A stretch of 64,000 nucleotides of DNA. Source: an uncultured delta proteobacterium (GTDB lineage Bacteria > Desulfobacterota > Binatia > UBA9968). Location of the stretch: the NCBI GenBank assembly GCA_963771465.1, contig CAVYTU010000005.1:1-64000 (forward strand). The letters run 5' to 3'. The notes beneath the pieces are model-generated. The model saw nothing but the letters and a program-made list of their open reading frames with translations. It was not told the origin of the DNA and made no database searches. This document shows positions 8,651 through 21,140 of this stretch, in pieces (within the stretch, counting starts at the first letter, position 1; the number at the start of each line of letters is the position of its first letter). Both the position numbers and the translations under genes were made by a program.

Positions 8651-9655
8651 TTGAAGGTGGATTCTCCAGCAGTCGTGTGGGCGATATTGGCGATCTGGTT
8701 AGCGCTCAGCGGCATCGCGCATTCGCAGAATAAACCCGAACGATTGCGCATCGGTTACGCCGCGCGGGCGGTGGCGCATTCAGTGCCGTTCGTCGCGAAG
8801 GAAGCGGGGTTTTTCGCGGAAGAGGGGATCAACGCGGAAATCATTCATACCGCCGGCTCGATCGCGCCCATGGCGCTGGTAGCGAACGAAGTCGATATGT
8901 CGATCATGTCGGCTTATTTGATGATTCCAGTTTCAAGTCAAAGCCGGGACGTCGTCATGCTCGGCGGCTTCTCCCGCTACGCGTCGATGGTTTTCGTCGC
9001 CCGGCCGGATATTAAAAGCCCGCAAGATTTGAAAGGCAAGATCATCGGCATTCAGCGGCCCGGCGATGCTTATGAGAAGAGCGCGCGCTTTGCGCTCAAA
9101 CATATCGGCTTGGACGCCGACAAAGATGTGAAGATGCTTTCTCTCGGCAGCAATGACGTGATGTGGAGCGCGTTGAACACCGCCCGGGTGTCAGCGACGG
9201 TGCTTTCGCCGCCGGGGACGCTGTTCGCGCGCAAAGCCGGCATGAACTTCATGGTCGATCTGACCGATCTGAAATTGGAATACCAAGGCTCGACGATCAC
9301 GACCCGGCGCTCGTTGATTCAGAAGAACCCGCAGCTGGTGACCCGCGCCGTGCGCGCGATCGTGCGCGGCGTGCATCTCTTCAAAACGCGCAAAGACGAT
9401 ACGATTCGCATCCTCAGCAAGTTTCTTGGCACCAAGGATCCCGAAGGTTTACTCGAGTCGTGGGAGTACGCGGCGAAAATGCCGGCGAAACCCTACGCCG
9501 TCGATAGCGCGGTGCAAGCCGTGCTCGATCATTTGGCGGAGAGCCAGCCGAAATATGGCCAGTACAAACCGGCGGAGTTTGTTGACGCACGCGTCCTCAG
9601 CGAGATCGACAAAAGCGGCTACATCGACAAGCTTTATGGCGGATCGGGAAGATAG
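8651..9655 (+). CDS. ABC substrate-binding protein, NMT1/SsuA/TauA family
   Basis: Signal peptide; AKEAGFFAEEGI and PQDLKGKIIG motifs; start placed at TTG after GGAGG. Confidence 0.85.
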   Translation: MKVDSPAVVWAILAIWLALSGIAHSQNKPERLRIGYAARAVAHSVPFVAKEAGFFAEEGINAEIIHTAGSIAPMALVANEVDMSIMSAYLMIPVSSQSRDVVMLGGFSRYASMVFVARPDIKSPQDLKGKIIGIQRPGDAYEKSARFALKHIGLDADKDVKMLSLGSNDVMWSALNTARVSATVLSPPGTLFARKAGMNFMVDLTDLKLEYQGSTITTRRSLIQKNPQLVTRAVRAIVRGVHLFKTRKDDTIRILSKFLGTKDPEGLLESWEYAAKMPAKPYAVDSAVQAVLDHLAESQPKYGQYKPAEFVDARVLSEIDKSGYIDKLYGGSGR

Positions 9656-9716
9656 CATGCGGCGGAACGTCCAAAGCGGGAAGGGCAATAGCTCTTTCAA
9701 CCAACGCAACTAAGTC

Positions 9717-11756
<2,040 letters not shown>

Positions 11757-11779
11757 CGCCTCGCGGCAAACGTTTTCGC

Positions 11780-12178
11780 TTATGGATTCTCGGCAGTCGG
11801 CGGCTGGGTGACATTCACGGCTGCTTCCACCGGATCGTGCGCAGGGTAATTGTCCTGCGGCTGCCCGACGCGTACGACGTGAATATTGGCTTTCTCCGGC
11901 GTTTCGGTGAAGATCGTCGCGACGAATACGACGGCGATGGCCAAGCCGCTAAAGGAGTAGAGCACAAAGGGCTGCAACGAACCGGTCGAAGCGAGATAGT
12001 CGCCCCATTGAACCATGAAGCCGAGATAGAAGGTGAAGAGGTAGGTGATCAGCAAGCAAATCTTGACTCGATTGAATAACAGGAAGGGCAACATTCCGGC
12101 AATGAAGAAAAACACTTGCCAGATCGGAATGAGTTGATTGAAGACGCCCAATTGCATCAAAGTTTCGATATCGAACAT
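11780..12178 (-). CDS. Hypothetical membrane protein
   Basis: RBS AGGAG; three hydrophobic segments. Confidence 0.65.
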   Translation of the reverse strand: MFDIETLMQLGVFNQLIPIWQVFFFIAGMLPFLLFNRVKICLLITYLFTFYLGFMVQWGDYLASTGSLQPFVLYSFSGLAIAVVFVATIFTETPEKANIHVVRVGQPQDNYPAHDPVEAAVNVTQPPTAENP

Positions 12179-12212
12179 GATCGCTCCTATTCTGTCCTCA
12201 CAGCGCTTTTAT

Positions 12213-12239
12213 TGGCATAAATATCCAAAAGCTATGCCA
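12213..12239 (-). promoter_or_regulatory. Imperfect sigma54-like promoter within palindrome TGGCATA-N13-TATGCCA
   Basis: Minus strand TGGCAT-AGCTT-TTGG (C of -12 replaced by G), upstream of 12178. Confidence 0.35.
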
Positions 12240-12416
12240 GATACGACGTGTCGATGGCTTGTCGCTTTGCGGAGTATGGGGGCGCTATGATGAACTTCTG
12301 CACCGGCATCATCACGGCGGAGAATATTATTGGGGAAATCGGCGGCAGCAATTTGTCGCGCCTTGACATGTTTGTTCAGGATTAAGCTGGAGCCGTTCAA
12401 ATCGAGCTGATGGGCA

Positions 12417-14273
12417 ATGGAAGATATGAATTCCGTTAGTGAAAAACTCGCCGGCCTGCCGTGCCGGCCCGGCGTCTATTTGATGCGCGACAAAGGCGGC
12501 AAAGTCATCTACGTTGGCAAAGCTAAAGACCTGCACTCGCGGGTGCGCGGGTATTTCAATAACTCCGACGAGCGTTCGCAGATCCAATTCTTGATTCGCC
12601 GCATCGAAGACATCGATACCCTGGTCACCAGCAACGACAAAGAGGCGTTGATCTTAGAAAACAATCTGATCAAGCAATACAAGCCGCGTTATAACATCCG
12701 TCTCAAGGACGATAAGAGTTACCTAAGTATCAAGGTCACCACGCAGCATGCCTGGCCGCGCATTTTGGCGACGCGCAAGATCGTCAAGGACGGCAACCGG
12801 TACTTCGGGCCTTTCTCTTCGGCCATCGCCGCGCGCGAAACCATCGATATCATCGAAAAACATTTTCTGCTGCGCAACTGCACCGATCATAATTTTCGCA
12901 ACCGCAGCCGGCCCTGTCTGCAATACCAGATCAAACGCTGCATGGCGCCCTGCGTGCTGCCCGTGGCGCAGGATGCCTATCGCGAGCAAGTGCGCCAAGC
13001 GATGCTGTTTATCGAAGGCAAACAGCACCAGCTCATCGCCGAGCTCAAGCAGCGCATGGGCGAAAAGTCCGACGCGCTGGAGTTCGAAGCCGCGGCGCGG
13101 ATACGCGATCAAATTCAAGCGGTGGAAACCACACTGGAAAAGCAGCGTATGGTGGCGCACTGGGGCAGCGATCAGGATATTTTCGGTATGTATCGGGAAG
13201 GCGGATTTATCGAAGTTCAGGTCTTATTCGTGCGCCAGGGGAAGTTAACCGGCAACCAGTCCTATGCGCTCGAAGATATGGATTTTCCCGATGACGAGGT
13301 GATCGCTTCGCTGCTGACTCAGTTCTATCAGGGACAACGCTTTATTCCCGACGAAATTCTGCTGCCGGTGGAGCTGGAAGACGCTTCGGCGCGCGAAGAA
13401 TATCTCGCCGATCGCAAGGGCAAACGGACGTCGATCGTGTCGCCCCAGCGCGGCGACAAGCGCCACCTGGTGGAGATGGCCGAGGAAAACGCCCGGCAAA
13501 GTTTCGCCGACCGGCATGATCAGGAAAAGGCGCGCGAAAAGATGCTGCGCGAGCTGCAAGCGCAGCTGCGTCTGAAAAACTATCCCCAGCGCATCGAATG
13601 CTTCGATATCTCGATGATCCACGGCGCTCATGCCGTGGGCTCCATGGTCACGTTCATCGGCGGCGAGCCGGACAAGAATTTGTATCGGCACTATCGCATT
13701 CGCACCATCGACGCTTCTTCAGGTGGCGATGATTTCGGCATGATGCTGGAGATGCTCAAGCGCCGTTTCAGCCGCGGCAAAGACGAGGCCGATCTGCCGG
13801 ACTTGATCGTGGTTGACGGCGGCAAAGGTCAGTTAGCGATGGCTTTGGCCGCCATGAACGAAGTCGGTGTCGACGGTGTCGAGGCTGTTGGGTTGGCCAA
13901 GATGCGGGTTCAAGCCGCGCCGCGCAGCGCCGAGATCGAGAGATCGGAGGAACGGGTGTTTCTACCGGGGCAGAGCAATCCGGTGATTCTCCGTCGTAAC
14001 TCCAACGCGCTATTTTTGCTCCAGCGGGTGCGTGATGAAGCCCATCGTTTCGCGATCACCCATCACCGAAAATTGCGTTCCAAGCAAACCCTGTCATCGG
14101 CGCTCGATCGAGTGCCGGGAATCGGCGGCGCGCGCAAGCGGTCGCTGCTACGCGCCTTCGGCAGTATCAAAGGGATCGAGCGAGCATCCGTCGACCAATT
14201 ATTGAAACTTCCTTCGATGAACGAGCGGCTGGCGCAAGCGGTGTTGGCGGCGCTGAAACAACCGCCCACTTAG
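12417..14273 (+). CDS. uvrC: Excinuclease ABC subunit C
   Basis: GIY-YIG (GVY...YVGKA), RIECFDIS, VDGGKGQ, RVRDEAHRFA, HhH. Confidence 0.98.
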   Translation: MEDMNSVSEKLAGLPCRPGVYLMRDKGGKVIYVGKAKDLHSRVRGYFNNSDERSQIQFLIRRIEDIDTLVTSNDKEALILENNLIKQYKPRYNIRLKDDKSYLSIKVTTQHAWPRILATRKIVKDGNRYFGPFSSAIAARETIDIIEKHFLLRNCTDHNFRNRSRPCLQYQIKRCMAPCVLPVAQDAYREQVRQAMLFIEGKQHQLIAELKQRMGEKSDALEFEAAARIRDQIQAVETTLEKQRMVAHWGSDQDIFGMYREGGFIEVQVLFVRQGKLTGNQSYALEDMDFPDDEVIASLLTQFYQGQRFIPDEILLPVELEDASAREEYLADRKGKRTSIVSPQRGDKRHLVEMAEENARQSFADRHDQEKAREKMLRELQAQLRLKNYPQRIECFDISMIHGAHAVGSMVTFIGGEPDKNLYRHYRIRTIDASSGGDDFGMMLEMLKRRFSRGKDEADLPDLIVVDGGKGQLAMALAAMNEVGVDGVEAVGLAKMRVQAAPRSAEIERSEERVFLPGQSNPVILRRNSNALFLLQRVRDEAHRFAITHHRKLRSKQTLSSALDRVPGIGGARKRSLLRAFGSIKGIERASVDQLLKLPSMNERLAQAVLAALKQPPT

Positions 14274-14282
14274 CCGAGTGCA

Positions 14283-16766
14283 GTGAGGTTTGTGGTGGAT
14301 GAGCAGTTGAGCGATGCGGCGATCATCGAGATTCATCCATCCGCTTGGCTGATCGTGCCGACCTTGGCGCTGCTGGTCGGCCAGGCGCTGGCGACGCTGC
14401 CTGGCACGATTACCGCCGAAGCGGCGGTTTTATTTCTGCCGCTGCTACTGCTGATCGTTTCCCCGCGCTGGCGCGGCTGGGGTATCTTGTTGCTGCTCTC
14501 GTCAATCGCCTTGTCAGTGGGTTTTGTGCGCCATCGCCAGCTGCTCTTTCCAGTTTTCGCCGAGAATCATTTGCGGACAGTGATGGCGCGAGACGGCTCG
14601 CTTTATCTCGAAGGTTTGCTCAATCAAGAGCCGGAACGGCTGGTCCAGCGCACGCGCTGGCATTTGCGCGCCGAGCGCATATGGCATGCCACCGGCGCTG
14701 AAGAAATTACCGGTAATATGCTTGTGAGTCTGCGCACCGTGCGGCGCGAGTGGCGCTACGGCGACCGCGTACGCTTGCGGTTGCGTCCACAGTTGCCACA
14801 AGATAGCGGCAATCCCGGGGGCTTCAATTACGCGACCTATCTGGCGCGCCGAGCAATTTACGCGACGGCGTTTCTCGACGGCGATCAGGAGATCGAGCTC
14901 CTGTCACGCGAAGCCGCCGCGTTGCCGGGCTTCGTCGAAGATCTGCGCCGGCAGATTCGCCGTTACGTGGATCAAAGCTTTTCGCCGGACAACGGCGCGC
15001 TGATCAAGGCGCTGGTGGTTGGCGATATGGGCCGGATCAGCAAGGAATTGCGCAATGCCTTCACCGCTGCCGGCGTCAATCATGTCTTGTCGATCTCCGG
15101 CCTTCACGTTGCCATGCTGGGATTGGTGGTGTTCGTCTTGATTCGCTATGGTTTATCGTTCAGCAGCGGGCTGCTGTTGCGCGTGAACCTGCTCAAAGTC
15201 GCGACCTTCGCGTCTTTCTTGGCCGTGGTATTTTACACGGCCCTCGCCGGCGCGATGGTGCCGACGGTGCGCTCGGCGATCATGATCGGCGTCTACGAGC
15301 TGGCGGTGATGCTCGATCGCGAGGAAGAAGTTTTTACCAGTTTGACCCTAGCGGCGCTGTTGATCGCTTTAGTCTGGCCCGGCGTGATCGCGGACATTTC
15401 TTTTCAACTGTCTTTTCTCGCCGTGCTGTTTATCGTTTGGGGCACGCGCCGGATGCGCGACTGGCTTCCCAATAAGAAAATCGACGAGCTGCCCCAAGAA
15501 AGAAGTTGGTTCAAAGCAAAAGCTTGGCAGGCGGCGATGCATTTGGCGGTGCCCGTGTTGGCAACGTTGGGCACTGGGCCGTTGATCGCACATTATTTCG
15601 GCCATCTGTCTTTGGCGGGTTTCATCGCCAATCCGCTGATCGTGCCCTTGGTCGGATTCCTGGTAGTCCCGCTCGGACTCGTCATTGGTTTCTGCGCTGT
15701 AGTGGTTCCTGACGCCGCGCCGGCATTGGTGTGGTTAGTCGAGAAACTTTCATCCTTGACGATCTGGCTGGTCGATCTATTCGCCCGCTTGCCGCTGGCA
15801 AATATCAGCGTGCCGGCGCCCAATCCGTTAGAAATATTCTTGCTCTACGGTTTCATCTTCGGCGTGTTCGCGATCAGACGGCGATGGCAAGGATGGGTGA
15901 TTGCCGGCGTCGCCATCGCCGTTCTCGGCGCCGATGGAACTTACTGGTGGAGCGAAAGGCAGAGAGTCAATCGATTGCGCATCACCCATCTCAACGTCGG
16001 TCAGGGCGACGCCGCGGTTGTCGAACTCCCCGGCGGCAAAGTATTGTTGATCGATGCCGGCGGCGCGGCCACGGGCGACTTCGACACCGGCGAAGCGATC
16101 GTCGCGCCGTTCTTGCGCTCGCGAAAAATTGTCAAAGTCGATTATCTTTTCGTCAGCCACGCACGCGTCGATCACTACGGCGGCATGCGCGCCCTGGTCA
16201 AAGAGTTCGCCCCGAGTGAGTTCTGGTCCGGCCCGGCGAAAGGTCAGACCCAGCGATTCGACGACTTAGAAGAGGAATTGGCGCGAAGCAAAACTCCGCG
16301 CACCACGCTTGCCGCGGGTCAGCCTTGCCGTGTCATCGAGGGAGCGCGTCTGTGCGTTCTTTATCCTTTGACGGCTGAGGCCGACGATGCGTCGGTTGTG
16401 TTGCGCGTGGACTACGGCAAGGCGCGCTTTCTGTTCGCGAGCGATATCGACAAACGCGACGAGGCGCTTTTGGCCAGCCGCGTCGACGAAGTTCGCAGCG
16501 CGGTGGTAAAAATACCGCGCCATGGCAGCGCGACGGCGAGCACGAAAGAATTTATCATCGCCGCTCAACCGCAGCTCGCGATTTTGTCAGCCGGCGCGCG
16601 CAGTCGTGCGGAAATCCCGCGCGAGGAAGTGATCGAGCGTTATCGCGAAGCCGGCGCCGCGGTTCTGCGCACCTCTGAAGACGGCGCGATAATTCTGGAG
16701 ACCGATGGCAATACGATCCGCTACAGTGGATACCGGAGCGGCAAGAACGGCGAGTTACCGTTGTAA
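14283..16766 (+). CDS. comEC: DNA internalization competence protein ComEC/Rec2
   Basis: HVLSISGLHV, SFQLSF, VGQGDA, C-terminal MBL domain. Confidence 0.95.
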   Translation: MRFVVDEQLSDAAIIEIHPSAWLIVPTLALLVGQALATLPGTITAEAAVLFLPLLLLIVSPRWRGWGILLLLSSIALSVGFVRHRQLLFPVFAENHLRTVMARDGSLYLEGLLNQEPERLVQRTRWHLRAERIWHATGAEEITGNMLVSLRTVRREWRYGDRVRLRLRPQLPQDSGNPGGFNYATYLARRAIYATAFLDGDQEIELLSREAAALPGFVEDLRRQIRRYVDQSFSPDNGALIKALVVGDMGRISKELRNAFTAAGVNHVLSISGLHVAMLGLVVFVLIRYGLSFSSGLLLRVNLLKVATFASFLAVVFYTALAGAMVPTVRSAIMIGVYELAVMLDREEEVFTSLTLAALLIALVWPGVIADISFQLSFLAVLFIVWGTRRMRDWLPNKKIDELPQERSWFKAKAWQAAMHLAVPVLATLGTGPLIAHYFGHLSLAGFIANPLIVPLVGFLVVPLGLVIGFCAVVVPDAAPALVWLVEKLSSLTIWLVDLFARLPLANISVPAPNPLEIFLLYGFIFGVFAIRRRWQGWVIAGVAIAVLGADGTYWWSERQRVNRLRITHLNVGQGDAAVVELPGGKVLLIDAGGAATGDFDTGEAIVAPFLRSRKIVKVDYLFVSHARVDHYGGMRALVKEFAPSEFWSGPAKGQTQRFDDLEEELARSKTPRTTLAAGQPCRVIEGARLCVLYPLTAEADDASVVLRVDYGKARFLFASDIDKRDEALLASRVDEVRSAVVKIPRHGSATASTKEFIIAAQPQLAILSAGARSRAEIPREEVIERYREAGAAVLRTSEDGAIILETDGNTIRYSGYRSGKNGELPL

Positions 16767-16770
16767 ATTG

Positions 16771-16790
16771 TTGTGCCAGCTGCGGCACAA
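16771..16790. terminator. Hairpin between convergent genes
   Basis: TTGTGCC-AGCTGC-GGCACAA; no clear U tract. Confidence 0.3.
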
Positions 16791-16838
16791 TCTGTGTAAG
16801 TGGATTCCCACCCACGAAACTTACGCTTGGCTATTCAT

Positions 16839-17780
16839 TTATCCGAGCGCTTTTAACTCTTCGATATAATCCTTGAAGCCGGCGACGATATCGTAGTCGG
16901 GCGACCAGCCGAGCACTTGTTTGGCTTTTTCGATCACCATCGGTTGTTTGGCCGAGCGCGGCTTGACGCCGGGCATGATTTCTACTTGCAGGTTCGGCAG
17001 CAACTTTTCCGCCGTGGCGACTAGGTCGTCGAACTTGATCACGACGCCGGTGCCGATGTTGAGCGTGACCGGTTCTTTGAGCGGCGCGGTGGCGGCTTTG
17101 TCCAAGGCGCGCCCCAGGTCTTTGTAGTAGACATACTCGAAGTCGCGGGCGACTTCCTGGGCTATTTTCACCACGCCGCCTTTGATCCCGGTTTGAAGCA
17201 TGTTCTGCACCATCTCGCCGCCGCCCGAGCCGCCGGCGAAGTGGCCGACGCCATAGACATTGGCCAAGCGCAGGACGATCAGTTCGAAGCCGTACATGCG
17301 TTGATATGCCTCGACCATCAATTCTTTGGCGACTTTGGAATTGCCATAGGCTTCACCGGGGCCGCGGCGAAAGCCTTCGTCAATCGGTGTCGGTTCACCC
17401 TGGCGCCGGTCGTAAACGCCGAACGTGCTGATCTGCACCAAGCGTTTCACAGCGGTGAGTCGAACGGCCTCGGCGACGTTGATGGTGCCCATGACGTTGA
17501 TCTGCATGCCCGCGTAGATCGGATTGCCGACCTTGCCGCCGATCAAGCCGGCGGTGTGCAGCACAGTGTCGCATTTGTATTTTTGAATGGTTTCGATGAG
17601 CGACGATAGATCGCGAACGTCCCGTTGGACGACGGTGACGTTGGCGCTGCCGAGTTTGTGCGCCAGGAAATCCTTGCGCGGCGCCATGTCGTAGAAGACC
17701 ACGCTCTCGCCGCGCTTTAGCGCGTGCTGCGCGTAGGAAGTGCCGACTAGACCCAAACCTGTGATCAATGTCGTTCCCAT
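16839..17780 (-). CDS. NAD-dependent epimerase/dehydratase (extended SDR)
   Basis: TGLGLVG Rossmann motif, YGNSK catalytic motif; start moved to ATG 17780 after AAGGAG. Confidence 0.85.
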   Translation of the reverse strand: MGTTLITGLGLVGTSYAQHALKRGESVVFYDMAPRKDFLAHKLGSANVTVVQRDVRDLSSLIETIQKYKCDTVLHTAGLIGGKVGNPIYAGMQINVMGTINVAEAVRLTAVKRLVQISTFGVYDRRQGEPTPIDEGFRRGPGEAYGNSKVAKELMVEAYQRMYGFELIVLRLANVYGVGHFAGGSGGGEMVQNMLQTGIKGGVVKIAQEVARDFEYVYYKDLGRALDKAATAPLKEPVTLNIGTGVVIKFDDLVATAEKLLPNLQVEIMPGVKPRSAKQPMVIEKAKQVLGWSPDYDIVAGFKDYIEELKALG

Positions 17781-17928
17781 ATTCGCTTTCTCCTTATGTC
17801 GTTGCTGATTCATTTCCCTTACTGCAAAGCGCATAGAATTGTCTAGCGTCGCGCCAGGTTTGCATTGCTCGTTTGCCGCAGTATATATCGCATAGCTGAA
17901 TAATCTGTGGCTGAGGAGAGGAAAATAA

Positions 17929-19026
17929 ATGAATGGTGTAATTGACGCGGATACCCATATTGCCGAGCCGGAGGCGATGTGGAAATTGATTGACGAAAAA
18001 ATGGCGCCGCGCCGGCCTGTGCTGGTCGATTTGCCGGAAGATACTTGGTTTGGCGAGCGCAACGCGCTGTGGCTGATCGATGGCAATATTTTCCCCAAGC
18101 CGGCGGGCAAGGGCAGTTACCGACTGGTCACGCCGTCAGCGCAGAAGGCAGAAAAAGTGCGCGGCGATATCGCGATATCGAGCCGGGAAATTTCCAATGT
18201 CGACGTGCGCCTCAATGACATGGACAGACTTGGCGTTGACGTGCAGGTGATTTACCCGACGTTATTCTTAGTTTACATCACCGACGATCCGGAATTGGAC
18301 ACCGCGCTGAGCAAAGCCTACAACTCTTGGCTCGGCACGGCTTGCGCAAAATCGAATGGCCGGCTGAAATTCGTCGCGGTGCTGCCGCTGCGCTCGATTC
18401 CGGAATCGCTCAAAGAGATGAAGCGGGCGAAAGAACTCGGCGCCGTGGGGATTTTTTTCCGCGGCATCGAAGGCGATAAGACCATCGATCACCCGTATTT
18501 TCATCCGGTTTACGAGCAAGCTGCCAAACTCGACATGGCGATCTGCATTCACACCGGCTCCGGCGCGCCGTGGATGCTGCCGTACTTCGAGCACGCGCGC
18601 AATCACACCTTCGCCCATGGCCGCGCGTTACCGATCTTCGCGTTCCGGGACATTGTCGCCAATCGTATTCCAGAGAAATTTCCCGGCTTGCGCTTCGGCT
18701 TCATCGAAGCGTCGGCCGGCTGGGCGCCGTTCATGATGCATATTCTTCGGCGTCTCTTTAAAGACCGTTCCAAGTATCGAAACAGCACGGAGCTTTTTCG
18801 CGATTACAATTTATTTATCGCCTGCGAAGCGGATGAAGACATTCCTTATCTGGCGAAATGTATCGGCGAAGACAATATCGTCATCGGCTCCGACTACGGC
18901 CATAACGATCCATCAGCCGAGGAAAAGCTCGTCGAGAGTTTGCAAAAGCGCGAAGATATTTCTGAGCCCTTTGCCAAGAAGATTCTTTGCGACAACCCGT
19001 GCCGGCTCTACGGACTCGATAGTTAG
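17929..19026 (+). CDS. Amidohydrolase_2 family protein
   Basis: IDADTH, CIHTG, GSDYGH. Confidence 0.9.
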   Translation: MNGVIDADTHIAEPEAMWKLIDEKMAPRRPVLVDLPEDTWFGERNALWLIDGNIFPKPAGKGSYRLVTPSAQKAEKVRGDIAISSREISNVDVRLNDMDRLGVDVQVIYPTLFLVYITDDPELDTALSKAYNSWLGTACAKSNGRLKFVAVLPLRSIPESLKEMKRAKELGAVGIFFRGIEGDKTIDHPYFHPVYEQAAKLDMAICIHTGSGAPWMLPYFEHARNHTFAHGRALPIFAFRDIVANRIPEKFPGLRFGFIEASAGWAPFMMHILRRLFKDRSKYRNSTELFRDYNLFIACEADEDIPYLAKCIGEDNIVIGSDYGHNDPSAEEKLVESLQKREDISEPFAKKILCDNPCRLYGLDS

Positions 19027-19240
19027 GGTCGTATGTTCCGAGAGCTTTCTAGCGCGACCGACCGATCGCACTCTTTGGACTGGGGAATGATTAATGAATT
19101 TCAATCGGCTCGATTTTCTCAACCATGGCGTGCCGCTAATCAACGGTCACCGGCAACTGTTTCGCCAGCCGAAGAAGCAAAGACTGATTTGTCAGGTAAG
19201 GCTTATCGAAAAACCGAATCGCAAGCCTCCGTTGCTTCTT

Positions 19241-19384
19241 TCAAAGCATCCAATAGCTAAAGAGAGAATAGCTAATGGTCACTCCTACTGCGAAATAGGT
19301 GAGCCAGCAGGCGAGAAACTCCCAGTTAAACTTTCTGTCTTGCGAAGAAGGTGTAGCGCGAAATTTGGTTTCCGCTGTTTGCAT
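19241..19384 (-). CDS. Small membrane protein (47 aa)
   Basis: G-rich RBS, sigma54 promoter upstream, C-terminal TM helix. Confidence 0.5.
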   Translation of the reverse strand: MQTAETKFRATPSSQDRKFNWEFLACWLTYFAVGVTISYSLFSYWML

Positions 19385-19414
19385 GTGATTTCCCCCTTCC
19401 GTGTAAAAGGTTAC

Positions 19415-19430
19415 AGCAACGAGTATGCCA
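19415..19430 (-). promoter_or_regulatory. sigma54 -24/-12 promoter
   Basis: Minus strand TGGCAT-ACTCG-TTGCT. Confidence 0.7.
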
Positions 19431-19724
19431 GGACCGATCGTGCGCAATAAATTGATGGCAACTAGCGGTAATTGCGTGATTCTGCCAGGAGTGAACGGAT
19501 CGGCTGCAAAACCATTCGGAAGGAAAAAGGAATCATTGAGCGCAGGGGTTTTTCATACATTGATGGCCAAATGTTGTCGCGCATCAGGAGTGCTGCTTTA
19601 CCGAACCCGCCTTCTCTCCGGTCTCAGCGTATCGGATGCCAAACCATTTAACGCTTGGCCTTGTCGGTTGATCTCGACCTACGAAAAGGCTATGGGAGAT
19701 TAGAATAATTTACGAGGAGAATTT

Positions 19725-20768
19725 ATGTTGGATGGAAAATTAAGGATAGCTCCGACCTGTTATCACGTGCTTCATCTGTTGCCGGTGATGGCGGCTCACG
19801 AGATGAATTTTTTCTACGACGCCGGTCTCAAGACCGCCGATGGGTCGCTTGGGTATCAGGTCCTGCGCGACGCAATGGTTCCGTTTGGACTGGAGAAATT
19901 GGGTATCTCCCAAGCAATGAAAGAGAAGTCCGTCGATATTGCCTTGGATGTCCAGTCGCGCACCATATTTTTTCAACGATCGCGCGGCGCCGATGTTTAC
20001 GTCATCGCAGGATGGCGAAATCAGCACACGGTCGCCTGGGTCGGACCGCCGCACATCAAGTCACTCAAGGATTTGAAAGGCAAACGCGTCGGCATCAGCG
20101 ATTTCAACAGCCTTCGCCACTGGGGAATACAGATCCAGTTGCGCAAGGCCGGGTTGGATATCGAGCGCGATGTGGAATTTGTGAGATGCGGTGTCTCGGA
20201 ACATCTCCACGAGGAGGCCCTCAAGAACGGCAAAGTCGAATGCGCTCCGGTGTCCGTAAAAACGGCGAACAGGCTAAAGCAGGAAGGCTGCAATCTCCTC
20301 GTCTTACCGAGGGATCAGTACCCGAACGGCTTCCCGCAGCGGATAATCGCGGCGACGGGACGTATACTCGAGGAGCGTCCGGATTTGGTCAAGAACTTTC
20401 TCAAAGGCCTGATTCGCTCTTATTGGTTCGTGCGCGATATGCCGAAGAATTTCGAGTTTCTCTATAATCTCGATAAGCGCCTTCGGCTGGGATCGGCGGA
20501 CCCTGAAGAGCGGATACACAACCCGCGTCGCTATACGGAATATTTCCTGGAGTCGCAGCCGTTTCCTGTCGACGGACTGGCGACGGGATTCGAGGATATG
20601 CTGCGGGAGGAAAAACTAATCGGCGGACTGGAGTACGACGTGCCTGCCGTCTCGAGCGTATGCGCCCAGGATCTGGTCGCGGAAGCCTACAAGGAGCTCA
20701 GATCCCAAAAGGACCTGGAGCCTGAGTATCAGCGAGTTCAAGCCGTCGCAGAGCGCTACGGCTACTAG
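19725..20768 (+). CDS. NMT1/THI5-like binding-fold protein without signal peptide
   Basis: KSLKDLKGKRVGI, LVKNFLKG; RBS GAGGAG; no hydrophobic N-terminal segment. Confidence 0.8.
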   Translation: MLDGKLRIAPTCYHVLHLLPVMAAHEMNFFYDAGLKTADGSLGYQVLRDAMVPFGLEKLGISQAMKEKSVDIALDVQSRTIFFQRSRGADVYVIAGWRNQHTVAWVGPPHIKSLKDLKGKRVGISDFNSLRHWGIQIQLRKAGLDIERDVEFVRCGVSEHLHEEALKNGKVECAPVSVKTANRLKQEGCNLLVLPRDQYPNGFPQRIIAATGRILEERPDLVKNFLKGLIRSYWFVRDMPKNFEFLYNLDKRLRLGSADPEERIHNPRRYTEYFLESQPFPVDGLATGFEDMLREEKLIGGLEYDVPAVSSVCAQDLVAEAYKELRSQKDLEPEYQRVQAVAERYGY

Positions 20769-21140
20769 ATCGCTCGGCTGATTCAGCGAACCGCAAGCCA
20801 TTCATCCGCGGGATTCTCTACACCGCCCGGCTGATTTACAGCTGGGATATTTTAGCGATGGATCTGACGATCATCGCGGTTGAGTATCTCCACCAAGTCC
20901 GACCGCGCGGACTGCTCAAACCGATCGACATGACGTTCGCCTGGCGCCAAGGAAAATGCGCGGTGGAGAAAGTGTTTGCGTGCCGCACTGATCTCTACGG
21001 ACAGGGCGAAAATGCGGTCAGTTTTATTTCTGTTTACCGTAGCTAAGTCGCAGGTAACGAATTTTGTTGAAGCGTCGTTCCATTCAATCTGAACAACAAG
21101 CATCAAAGTTCGTGTAGAACCTGGGCCGTCGATACGGCCC

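Noticed and set aside
9656-9716. LexA box upstream of uvrB
   Set aside because: No recognisable SOS palindrome in the short gap
16839-18110. 423-aa extended form of the epimerase ORF
   Set aside because: The extension overlaps the divergent amidohydrolase; an RBS supports ATG 17780
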